IMG/VR virus record: IMGVR_UViG_3300030116_004105
Span: 1-64,000 of that record
Reading direction: 5' to 3' (one strand)
Source of the DNA: an uncultured virus (IMG/VR IMGVR_UViG_3300030116_004105)
Taxonomy: Duplodnaviria; Heunggongvirae; Uroviricota; Caudoviricetes
Length of the DNA: 64,000 nucleotides
Shown here: positions 8,019-18,600 of the stretch, in pieces
Numbering within the stretch: the stretch's first letter is position 1
Layout: each line of letters begins with the position of its first letter
Program-made: the position numbers and the translations under genes
Notes under the pieces: model-generated
Told to the model about the DNA's origin: nothing
The model's database searches: none
What the model saw: the letters and a program-made list of their open reading frames with translations, nothing else

Positions 8019-10489
8019 TTCTTTAATACTTTTCTTGTGCTAATGTTACCATTATATGTTACGCTAAAATTATATATACCTGCTGGTAATAAACTTACAT
8101 CTAATTGATTTAATCCTTTATGCGTTTGATTTTCTTTAACTCGTATTACAAGCTTACCTGATATATCATACACTTCTATACCTACAGGACCATTTGTTAA
8201 TATGTTTAACACATCTCCCATAGGGTTAGGATACATAACTACATTATGTCCTCTAAGTAAATCTCTTGTATCTAATGGACTATCCCAAGAACAACTCCAA
8301 TATATTTGTTCACATTTATCATCCCACTCATTATTACAACAATAAGGATCTATCATAATTACCCAAGCGTAACATGTATCATTTAACCAATACGGCACAC
8401 CAGGGCCACCAACACATCCTGCATCATATAAACAACTTCCATCATCTGTATTATATACTGCATCGTAGTTATGAGCTAAAGGATCCATACAACCTTCTAG
8501 CACATCTATACATCCACCATTGTCTGTATTAGCTAATGGATCGTAATTAAATGCTGTATCATCTGTACAACCATATACCACATCTATACAAGAAAAATCT
8601 TCTGTATTTGCATCCGGATTGTAATTAAAAGCATTAGGATCTGTACATCCTGGTGTTACTGGAATACAAGATCCATTATCGGTGTTAGCAACAGGGTCAT
8701 AATTAAATGCAATAGTATCAGTACAACCAAATATAAAAGGTATACAGTTATCGCTTGCCGTGTTTGCTTCTTCATTATAATTATACATTGTAGGATCCAT
8801 GCATCCTATTATAACGGGGATGCAACTACCGTCATTGACATTAGCGTCTACTTCAAAATTAAATGCTTCTGGATCAGTACACCCTGGAACGGGGTATATA
8901 CAATTATCATTATTTACGTTTGCTGTACTATCGTAGTTAAGAGCTAACTCATCAGTACAACCAAAATATAAACAAGACTCATCGGCAGTATTTGCTTCAG
9001 GGTTATAGTTCCATGCTGAATTATCCATACAACCAACTACTACAGCTACACAAGAACTATCGTCTACATTAGCAAGCGAGTTATAATTAAATGCGAAGGG
9101 TGAGGTACAACCTTCTACTATCTCAATACAAGAACCATCGTCTGTGTTTGCGTTAGAGTTGTAGTTTAAAGCTTGTTCATCCAAACACCCATATACTTTA
9201 GGTATACAATAGTCTCCACAGAATGGAAGCGCATCGTATATATGCCAGAATGGTGGTTTGTAAGCTTTAAGTGCTCCTTGTCCATTATTAGAAAATGGAA
9301 ACACACCACCTTGCAAAGTTACATCACCATTTGAGTTTATAAGTTTAAAAGAATTATGCATAGTCTGAAACGCAACTTCTGCAGGAGGAGTTTGCGGACT
9401 AGCTATTTCAAAGTAGTATACCTTGACAGGCTTATCTGTTTCTAGTGTTATACCAAACTCTTGTGAGTAAGGCCCAGGACCCATTGTGTATGTACCAAGT
9501 ATACTGTCTTCTTGTACAACACCTATATAACAATCACCCCAGCCGTCGCCACCGTCATCTTCTATGATAAGAGTGTAATTACATGTAGGCACTATTTCAT
9601 TTAATGTAGCTTGTGGATTAAAGTTAAATGCGTTAGGATTTATACATCCCAATGTGTGTAATGTCTCACAAGACCCATCATCAAAATTAGCTTGAGGATT
9701 AAATTCTATATATGTATTATTAGTACATCCTTCTATTATAGGTAAGTCACATTGTTGTAGCCATATAGGGCCTGAATATGCAGCATTACCAAACCCTGGA
9801 TCTTCTAATGCCCATAAGGTATCTAAACTACCACAAGGCTCTGCATCACCAAGCATAATAAAATCTCCATCTGTACCACCAAATAAAGATCCTTCTAAAC
9901 CATCACCGTATGTATCACTTAATATAAGCTCTACACCTGTTTCAGGCACGCACAAATCATATATAATAGTTTGATTTGCTTGCTCATAGGAATACTCGCC
10001 AGCTACTACATTGTCTACAGGTTGCCCTGTTGTTATATCTGTTAGTATCCATCCTGTTTCACCAGGATATTGATCTAGTGTAAGCTTAAGTATCATTTTA
10101 GCCTCACCATCAGAACAGCTTATACCAATGCAGCTGTCATTATCAACTTCAGCCCAAGGATTGAAATTAGGAGCTTCTGGATTAGTACATCCAAATACAG
10201 GATAATTGCATGAGCCGTCATTAAAATTAGCTTCAGGCACATAGTTTAACGCTAACATATCTGTACATCCTGGTACAGTATCTATAGGTAGTGGGCAGTC
10301 TTCTGCATCATACCCAAACTCCTCACAGTTAAAGTCTATTACGTTTCCGCCCCATGTGTAGGAACCGTCATCGCAAAACCCATCGCCTAGCCAAGAAATA
10401 GGTGCTTCTGTTCCAGAGCAGTCTAAGATAGTATCTTGAGCATTTACTGTTAGCGTTAATAATAATAAAATATTTATTAGTCTTAACAT
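8015..10489 (-). CDS. Secreted Cys-rich repeat protein with a T9SS (Por) type-A C-terminal sorting domain
   Basis: Signal peptide MLRLINILLLLTLTVNA|QD. LNR-like WLGDGFCDD...NCEEFGYDAEDC, 14 GCTD-x-A-NY-x-A-x-DDGSC repeats, and C-terminal MYPNP...IEVYDISGKLV...LDVSLLPAGIYNF...TRKVLKK. Confidence 0.85.
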   Translation of the reverse strand: MLRLINILLLLTLTVNAQDTILDCSGTEAPISWLGDGFCDDGSYTWGGNVIDFNCEEFGYDAEDCPLPIDTVPGCTDMLALNYVPEANFNDGSCNYPVFGCTNPEAPNFNPWAEVDNDSCIGISCSDGEAKMILKLTLDQYPGETGWILTDITTGQPVDNVVAGEYSYEQANQTIIYDLCVPETGVELILSDTYGDGLEGSLFGGTDGDFIMLGDAEPCGSLDTLWALEDPGFGNAAYSGPIWLQQCDLPIIEGCTNNTYIEFNPQANFDDGSCETLHTLGCINPNAFNFNPQATLNEIVPTCNYTLIIEDDGGDGWGDCYIGVVQEDSILGTYTMGPGPYSQEFGITLETDKPVKVYYFEIASPQTPPAEVAFQTMHNSFKLINSNGDVTLQGGVFPFSNNGQGALKAYKPPFWHIYDALPFCGDYCIPKVYGCLDEQALNYNSNANTDDGSCIEIVEGCTSPFAFNYNSLANVDDSSCVAVVVGCMDNSAWNYNPEANTADESCLYFGCTDELALNYDSTANVNNDNCIYPVPGCTDPEAFNFEVDANVNDGSCIPVIIGCMDPTMYNYNEEANTASDNCIPFIFGCTDTIAFNYDPVANTDNGSCIPVTPGCTDPNAFNYNPDANTEDFSCIDVVYGCTDDTAFNYDPLANTDNGGCIDVLEGCMDPLAHNYDAVYNTDDGSCLYDAGCVGGPGVPYWLNDTCYAWVIMIDPYCCNNEWDDKCEQIYWSCSWDSPLDTRDLLRGHNVVMYPNPMGDVLNILTNGPVGIEVYDISGKLVIRVKENQTHKGLNQLDVSLLPAGIYNFSVTYNGNISTRKVLKK
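8432..9190 (-). repeat. Ten tandem ~26-aa (~78-bp) GC[TM]DxxAxNYNxxANxDDGSC coding repeats
   Basis: Counted in the translation from GCLDEQ to AVYNTDDGSC; boundaries approximate. Confidence 0.85.
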
Positions 10490-10794
10490 TACTTTTTCTT
10501 TTTTGTTTTGTTTCTAGATTTTCTTATAGCTTCTTTACCTCTTTTAAAAATAGATGCAACCTGTGTTTTGCCCATTACCTTAGCTCTTTGTTCTCCTACA
10601 GTTAGTATTTGAATTTTACGAGCGTATGGTTTACTAATACGTTTTACTTTTGCTACAGTAGCCCTAGCATCTGCAGGTGTAGCAAACTTAATTCTAACTG
10701 TATCTTTTGGGTTCTCATCTGTATACAATCTTCTTCCTGAACCTTTGGGTTTTTTACCAGTTCCCTTTTTAGGATCTCTACTTTTTCTTGGCAC
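10489..10794 (-). CDS. Small basic conserved phage protein
   Basis: Likely GTG start at 10794 overlapping the upstream gene end; PKKGTGKKPKGSGRRLYTDENPKDTV motif. Confidence 0.65.
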   Translation of the reverse strand: MPRKSRDPKKGTGKKPKGSGRRLYTDENPKDTVRIKFATPADARATVAKVKRISKPYARKIQILTVGEQRAKVMGKTQVASIFKRGKEAIRKSRNKTKKKK

Positions 10795-11059
10795 GTCTTG
10801 TTGTTTTAGTTTTTCTTTTTCTAATTGCAGAAGTTCTCCTGCCCATACCAACGCGCTTCTTCTCAGCTACTACTGCAGCTTTACGTTTACCAAGGCCTTT
10901 CCATGTAACAGGAGTTTTAGAAGACACACGCTTAGAAGGCCGACACTTCTTTGTGTTTTTATTCTTACGAGAACCACATGGATTGCCTTTCTCATCTTTC
11001 CATTTCTCTTTGAACCATCTTTTTAAGTTGAGGCCCGCTTGTGTTTTTCTAACTGCCAT
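10778..11059 (-). CDS. Small basic protein (DUF5872-like)
   Basis: LKRWFKEKW...CG...CRPSKRVSSKTPVT motif; very K/R-rich. Confidence 0.6.
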   Translation of the reverse strand: MAVRKTQAGLNLKRWFKEKWKDEKGNPCGSRKNKNTKKCRPSKRVSSKTPVTWKGLGKRKAAVVAEKKRVGMGRRTSAIRKRKTKTTRRAKKK

Positions 11060-11061
11060 AT

Positions 11062-11379
11062 CTATTTCTTTTTACCTGCTTTACGTTTTCTACATTTAGC
11101 TATTGCGCCAGACGCGTATGCGCTAGGGAATACTCTATATCTAGCTTTCACTGAATGATAACAAGCATCCTTTACAGTCCCGCCTTTTTTATACTTCTTT
11201 ACAGCAGTAGTTTTAGCTTTAGATTTTGCTTTAGGTTTAGCTTTAGTTTTAGCCTTAGCCTTAGGTTTTGGTTTAGTATGACCATAGCCTTTAGCTTTCA
11301 AAGCTAAATGTTCTTTCATAGTTTTAGCTACAACTACTTTGCTGCCTTTATACATTTTATGTTTTTTAAAAGCTGCCAT
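11062..11379 (-). CDS. Small basic protein (DUF5872-like) with a KAK/KPK repeat
   Basis: DACYHSVKARYRVFPSAYASGAIAKCRK; histone-H1-like KPKAKAKTKAKPK tract. Confidence 0.6.
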   Translation of the reverse strand: MAAFKKHKMYKGSKVVVAKTMKEHLALKAKGYGHTKPKPKAKAKTKAKPKAKSKAKTTAVKKYKKGGTVKDACYHSVKARYRVFPSAYASGAIAKCRKRKAGKKK

Positions 11380-11381
11380 AT

Positions 11382-11597
11382 CTATTTATCTTTAGCAAAT
11401 TTTTCAACGCCTGATATACCAAAGCAACCAAGGACTACCCATACAAATGAATTATATACATACTCATTTATAACTAAGTCTTGGCCTACCCAGCCAGTTA
11501 CGAGATCAGCTATCATAATTAGACACATAACTGCAAAGGCTATAAATCCTACGACAGCTTTCTCGTTCCAGGCGTTATCGTTTTTAAATATCTCCAT
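11382..11597 (-). CDS. Small two-TM membrane protein
   Basis: Two hydrophobic helices; ends GISGVEKFAKDK. Confidence 0.6.
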   Translation of the reverse strand: MEIFKNDNAWNEKAVVGFIAFAVMCLIMIADLVTGWVGQDLVINEYVYNSFVWVVLGCFGISGVEKFAKDK

Positions 11598-11887
11598 TAT
11601 TTCTTTTTTCCGTATCCACCCATCATTTTCTTCATAGCCTTATCTTGCTCTTTAATAGCTTTCATAAGACCTCCCATTGCTTTCTGGATCATCATACCAC
11701 CTTTCTTAAGTTTTGCAGGATCAAATCCCATATTCTTAACAGCTTCTCTTCCTTTAGGAGATTTAGCTAATGCTTTTAATCCAGCTTTTGATTTACCACC
11801 TTTTTTCATCATAGCTGGTTTAGCTTTTTTACCACCGGCCATCATTTTCTTTTTACCGCCGTATGCCATTTTCTTCCCGTGTTTCAT
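11597..11887 (-). CDS. Met/Lys/Gly-rich small basic protein
   Basis: Repeated KKMxxGG units. Confidence 0.6.
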   Translation of the reverse strand: MKHGKKMAYGGKKKMMAGGKKAKPAMMKKGGKSKAGLKALAKSPKGREAVKNMGFDPAKLKKGGMMIQKAMGGLMKAIKEQDKAMKKMMGGYGKKK

Positions 11888-11999
11888 TTTGTTTTACTTT
11901 TTTGCGATTGTACTTCTTTTTATTTTTATGAACTTTTGGAGATGTCTGTTCCCAGATCTCGTCGGGCGTCAAGTTAACCCATTTATAATTTTTACTCAT
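11853..11999 (-). CDS. Small 48-aa hypothetical protein (below the ORF-track cutoff)
   Basis: Reads MSKNYKWVNLTPDEIWEQTSPKVHKNKKKYNRKK...; ATG overlaps the upstream TGA and fills the gap. Confidence 0.5.
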   Translation of the reverse strand: MSKNYKWVNLTPDEIWEQTSPKVHKNKKKYNRKKVKQNETREENGIRR

Positions 12000-12304
12000 G
12001 ACTGATTAAATGTTACTAAATGTGATCCTCTAGATATACTATCAGCTGTTATAAGTCTAAGATTAAATTTTTTATTTACTACAGAGTTATCATTTGCTGT
12101 AAAAAAACAAAAAGGATAACCTCTCTTAGCGTTAAATGTACCTACTACTACACCACCAGAACCAGTAAACTGAATTCTAGCACTGCTAGGAGCAGCTGCA
12201 AAATTAGTATAGAAAGTACTAAACTCTCTACTATACATTTTTTTCCTTACTGCAGGTTTTCTAATCATTGATTTAGATCCTGCCATTCCGTTACCGTACC
12301 CCAT
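11996..12304 (-). CDS. Hypothetical protein
   Basis: 102-aa ORF tightly packed in the operon. Confidence 0.55.
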   Translation of the reverse strand: MGYGNGMAGSKSMIRKPAVRKKMYSREFSTFYTNFAAAPSSARIQFTGSGGVVVGTFNAKRGYPFCFFTANDNSVVNKKFNLRLITADSISRGSHLVTFNQS

Positions 12305-12306
12305 AA

Positions 12307-12654
12307 TTATGATAATACTACAGTTGGTCCGTGCCCTCTTTTATGTAAAAGTATGGCATTAGCAGATCCGCCACTACCAATTGTAACTGCTGTTATATTA
12401 CCATAAAAAACATCTCCGTTTGCTATAGTAATATCATCTGTTATTGCTACACCATCTACAGTCATAGCATTAATTACAACTCCTCCGGTACCTAAACCGT
12501 CAGCTTTTATTCCATAGAAAGACCCTGTAATCTCAGTAGTATAACCTTCTACAGCAATAGTTACGCCGTGACGAGCATAGTCTAGATCCATTTGTTCTTG
12601 GATCTTAGTTTCTAGTCGTGCTAGTTGTTTTGATAAATCTCTATTTCTATCCAT
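12307..12654 (-). CDS. Hypothetical beta-rich protein, possibly virion-associated
   Basis: 115-aa ORF, G/T/I/V-rich. Confidence 0.55.
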   Translation of the reverse strand: MDRNRDLSKQLARLETKIQEQMDLDYARHGVTIAVEGYTTEITGSFYGIKADGLGTGGVVINAMTVDGVAITDDITIANGDVFYGNITAVTIGSGGSANAILLHKRGHGPTVVLS

Positions 12655-12665
12655 TTTATTTTAGT

Positions 12666-15600
12666 TTAACATGATTCACAATATTCAGCATTACACATAT
12701 CTGTAAGCTTTTGAATATACATATCTATTTTAGTTTGGTTATTTTCTATAACCGCTTGTTTATATCCATCATAAAGAGCATATATCTTTAAAGCTCTTTC
12801 TGCTTCTTTTGTGTCACAATCTGTTAAAGACAGTGAGAATAAAGAATTTTTAACACACTGCTCAAATCCAGCATCAAAACAATTACCATCATCCATCGCT
12901 GCATGTGAATTGTAATTAGCTGCAGTAGGGTCCGTACAACCATAAACAACAGGTCTAATAGTTATTGTATCAAATGTATGTGAAGAGTTTTTATAAGTTT
13001 TATTTATAATCATTTCTCCATACTCAGATTTTAACTGATACTTATAATCAAATTTTGACGTATTCTTAAATCTTACACCAATTCTTGTTTCTTTACTTAT
13101 AGGAAAACTATTAATATAAGACTGACCCATGACATATTCTTCTGTATCAGAAGTTCTAAATAATGTTTTACCTGTATCTAAATTATAGATTTCAGCTATA
13201 AACAATTGATCAGAAGGTATTGTGGTTGATACTTCAAATGTAAATTGAATATCAGTAAATTCTTTAACATCTTTTTTAACATTTGTTATACAATAATCTG
13301 TTAATATTCTACCATTAACTGCACTCTCACATCCTAATTTACAAGAACTATTATATGATAAAAGCTGTGTTCCTGAAGTAATCTCAGGATTAACTATATT
13401 TGCTCCATAGCTTAGAATTGATATAGGTGAAGAGTTTTTATTTATTAATAAAACTATATTTTTCCACTCATCTTCTGATTTAAATCCTATAGGAACAAAA
13501 TATAAACAAGAGCTTTCTGGAAGAGGAGATGAAAAATATCCATTTTGTTGGAAAGTACCTGGATATAATCCAAAGTTTGCTTGAAGAACCTCTCCATAAG
13601 AATTATATAAAACCCATTTTAATTTAGTAGGATCAGAAGGGAAACCAATTAATTCTATATCATCAGTAAAAGATCCCTCAATATACGTACATGTTCCATT
13701 ATCAACTGTAGCAAGCGGATTATAATTACTAGCTAATTGATCTGTACAACCATAAACGGCACCTGTTATAAAATTTGTAAAGTCTATTGAAAACTCATAT
13801 GGATGCCCTGTAACAGGATTTAGTCTAGGTATAACTTCATACATATGATACACATCAGTAGAAAATGGTGGAACAGGATTATTTTGCGCATCTACCTCAT
13901 TAGGATTTGTTACCGGAGATATACTTGTATTAATACCTTTTTGAAGATTACCTATACCATCTATTGTATTATTAAATAATGGGTCTGGTATATACTCTGA
14001 ACCATCAGCTGCTTTTATAGATAATATCTTATCCTCATGCTGACTAAATATTTGTTGTATAGAGTAAGTATTTAAATTTAACCCTGCATGTAATCTAAAA
14101 TAATATCTAACTGAATATATGTTAGGATCACCTGGTTCAAAACTTGGAACATCTGCATATGAAGGATCATAAACAAGAGGTTCTCCAGCACCTAAAGCTT
14201 CTTGTCCTGGAGAGTCAGGTGTGTATCCATATATTATTTCTCCATTTTGAGCTGGGTTTGTTATTTGAAGTATAGGACTTCCAATAGCTCCTGGTGCTGA
14301 TACTATAACTTGACATTTAAAAGTATAAAAAGGTTGGTCATAGTAAAGATTTGCACCGTAAAACTCATTGTATTGTAAGAAACGATCTGGGTTTTGATTA
14401 ATGAATTGTAGATTTGCAAACTGAGTTCCAATAAAATAGTTACCTTCTACATAAGTACTAGGTCCTGTAGTGTCTATACCTATAGCATCTAACTCAGTAA
14501 GTAAAGAAGCGTATAAACAATTACCATCGTCTTCGGTTGCTTCTGAATCAAAGTTTACAGCAGTTGAGTCTGTACACCCAAAACAAGCATTATACTCAAG
14601 ACCTTCAGGCAACCAACAAACACCACAATCATCAAGCTCAGGTTGTTGGCCTGTAATATAACATAAACCATCACAACCTAATGATTGACCCTCACAGCAG
14701 TCTCCATTTGCTAAAGATCCTCCTACTCTTACTCCGCCTAAAGTACAATCATCACATTCATTTAAAGCATATTCATATTCCCATTCAGAACCATTCCATT
14801 CAGCACAATTACCTTCACAATCTGTTTGACTAGGGTGTCCTACTGGATTACCATCTGGATAAGTATAATCCGCAGGTCTACAACCACCAGTACCAAAAGC
14901 ACATGAGTCCCAAACATAACCTTGACAACATCTGTTGTTCTCGTTAGTCTGATTAAAAAATGAGACAAGAGGTTGCGGTGTGTCATCACATTCACATTTA
15001 TATAAAGTACTGTTTCCATCTATTACTTGATAGAATCCTTCTGCTGCACTTTCATAATCTATAAAAGTAGTTGGATAAGTTCCACATTCGCTACAATCGT
15101 TTGGTGTGAATGCAGCTACTATATTTTGCCACTGCTGAGCATTTAATTGTTGTGTTGGTTGTATACCATACGGAGAACCAGCCTCAGCACATGGATTACA
15201 AGAAGTTATAAAAGATTCTGAAGAAGAACCGCCGCCTCCCCAAGTTACAGTATATTCATTAGGTCCAGTTAAAAATACAGAAACAAAACCATCATCAGGA
15301 ACATCTCCTTCGCTTTCAAACATAGTTGCTATACAACTATTACATTGATCAACTAAACCAGCAGCAAGATCAGTTTCAAATATACCTGTTACACCCTCAC
15401 AACATGGAAGTTCAGCTTCTGATGGAGGAACACAGCTACCACATTCATTTAATACTCCACTTCCATAATAATCATTAGAGTATATGTTTCCTGGCGCAGT
15501 ACCTGGAGGTACAAAGGGTAGCAACGCAGCAATAGACTCATTGCTCCACACTTTCCATTTACATTCTCCATTACAATCATATTGTTGTCCTTCTGCAGCA

Positions 15601-18600
15601 TCCTCTGCAGTAATACCTGTAGTTTCACCTATTTGTAAAAGTATACCCTCATCAGTTGCACACTCGTCACATTGGTTATAATTAACTGCAGTTCCAAGAT
15701 CGCCTGATAGTATATATTCTGATTCAAGATCTTCAGGACTAATAACAATACCATTTCTTATATCGTAGTAAGCACCTACATTTGGTGCTAATGCATTAGG
15801 GTGAAACACAAGCATTTCCTGAGTTATTTCACAAATATATCTTCTAGGTATATCACAAGCAGGGATACCATTACCATCTACATCTTCATAGTAAAGAGTA
15901 GCTGCTGTATTACAGTCACAAAATACTTGATCAGCTATAAAAGAACCTCCACCAGCATCAAGCTCTCCGTCACAATTACAATTTGGTCCAAATAGCTCGC
16001 TAGCAAGCGCTCCATTACAGTTACAAATACTTGAGTTACTAAATTGTTCCGGCTCTACTACAACACCGTTCTCACAATAACATCCGTATTCTGCTCCAGT
16101 AGCAACAGTACCTTCACAATCACAATACTCTCCTTGTTCTTGTCCTTGACTATTAAAATATGGTACAGGATTGTTATCACAATCACAAGTAGGTTTTTTT
16201 AGAAATATAAAATCAGGATCATTAGGATTTGATGGGTCGTCTGCCCCACAACTACCACAATACATTGAACCATATAAAGAGCCGCTAAATACAGGATCCC
16301 CTCCAAGGTATTGATTACAAGTACATACAATACCTAAGTCTATCATTGTATCAGGATAATACGGATCAGGATACACGTCAGTAGGAGAATAAGTACAACC
16401 TGTCTGTACTGTCATTTGAGGATCTAAAGCAGGATTATAATTACATGCATCTGGGTCTGTACATCCATACTCTCCACACAAATCAGAATTAGAAGTCACC
16501 CACTGATAGTAAGTTTCTTCATCTCCTGAGGTATATCCACCACCATTTTGATCATAAAATGGAGCATCTTCTTCTAAACAATGCTGACAATATGTAGGAT
16601 CAAAGTCACTTACTGGTTCAAAATTAGATGGATTCTCCCCTACATGTATACACCAATCATTTATAATAGGCTCTCCAGTTTCAGGATCTACTGGTTGAAT
16701 AGGCTCTCCAGGATATGTATCTATATATGTCCATTGCCCATCACCATTTTCCTGAGTTGTAATAGGTATAAACACCCATGTACCAGATACAGTAATTAGG
16801 TTACAGCCAGCACCATCTTCTTCTATGCCTACAGGGCCTGCCCAAGGACCAGCTATTATTGTATCTGTTTCTGCCTCATATGTAACTGCTATTTCAACTA
16901 TATAAGTTGCTTGACAGCCGCAGTTTATATTATTAAAACAAGTAACATTAAATGCTGATAGAAAATTTGTATAATCATTACTTCTTGCCGTCGCTAAAAA
17001 AGATGAAACTAAATCTGATCTACCACCACCCTGACATGTAAATAATGCATTTTCAAACTCAGCATCTAAATACTCAACCACCTCAGCAAAGTTAGGTATA
17101 TTATAAGAACTTGCAGAACCCCAACCATAACCTAAATCTGGACATTCTGCATCAGTACAACCATCGGTATCAAGAGATGCTAAATTAGTTAAATCAATAT
17201 TAGAATTAGTATCAAGATCTTGAGAATAAACACAACTACCATCATTTACAGTAGCATTAACATTGTAATTAATTGCTGCTATATCCATGCATCCAAATTG
17301 GATTGCCCCTAAATTAGTAATTTCCTCAAAAACCTCATCGTAATCTTCCTCATCTATTTTAGTCCCTGATGTACTAGCTGGAGATATTGGGGTAATCCCT
17401 ACAGAACCATAAAAGTTAGCAAGAAACCCTCCAGGATCTCTTGTAACTCCTAGTACTTGATTTAATGTAACAACTCTTGCATTTTTATGTAACCTTGCAG
17501 CTAGAGTGTTTTCAGAAGCCGTAATAACTCCTGTCATTTGAATTATAGGCTCATCTTCAATTTGTTGAGGATGAGTAAGAGATACAAAAATATTATTATC
17601 AGGACTTCTATACAGACCTGTCATTGTAGAGTTAGCTCTATATACTAGATTTCCTTGGTAAGAATTTCCATCACTATCAAATGTAAATAAATCTGAATAT
17701 AATGAAAGAGCGCCTTGTGATGAGTATGACTCAGATTCTTGAACAGGCCCATCTAATCGGAATGCTGAAGGTTCTGAAATATTTGTTTTATCAATATCTA
17801 TTCTTATTAATCTTGAAGATGCATGTCCATCATTAAGAGTACCAAAACTATCTTGAGAAAATACATCTTCAGTTTGACGATGCTGCCCTATTAATACATA
17901 AAGTTTTTGATTATTAGGAGAAAACTCCATACCTCTTACTATAGCGTCCACCATAATAGAGCTAGGATCATTAGGACTTATACCTTCTTTTCGTAAAAAG
18001 TCATTAGTGGTTAATTTAATTGTAGAACCAATTTTATCTCCTAAAAGTAACGGGTTGCGATTGTCACTGTCTTTATTAAAATTAAATAAACTTATTGTTA
18101 TTTCATTAAAGGTCTCTTCATGAAGAACAGAAGTTGCTATAGCTATATATAGACCGTTTCTAGAAACACGCATAGTAGTAAATATTTTACCATTATGAAC
18201 ATTATTAGCGATAACATCTGATATAGTATGAACAAATTGTTTATCACTCTGGTCACTCGCAAGAAAGCCCTGTGCGCTAGCTGACGATAAACTTCTTTTA
18301 TTTATAGATAAGTAATTTATATAAATGTCTGTAATTCTGTATTCATGTATAACCGAACCAGAACTAGACGTAGTCGTACTAGTATAAAATCCCTGTGTTG
18401 AAATAATTTTAAATGTATTTTCAGTCTCATATATTTCTATCCCAGGAATTATTTTATAAAAAGTGTTAAGTGCAGATCCACTAACTGCCGCACTTCTAAG
18501 TAATTCATATCTAGGTGATACAGAATATTCAGGATTATTAATAGAACCTGCTACACTAACAATTTTGTATGAATATAAAGGTGGATAAGTTCCATTTGTA

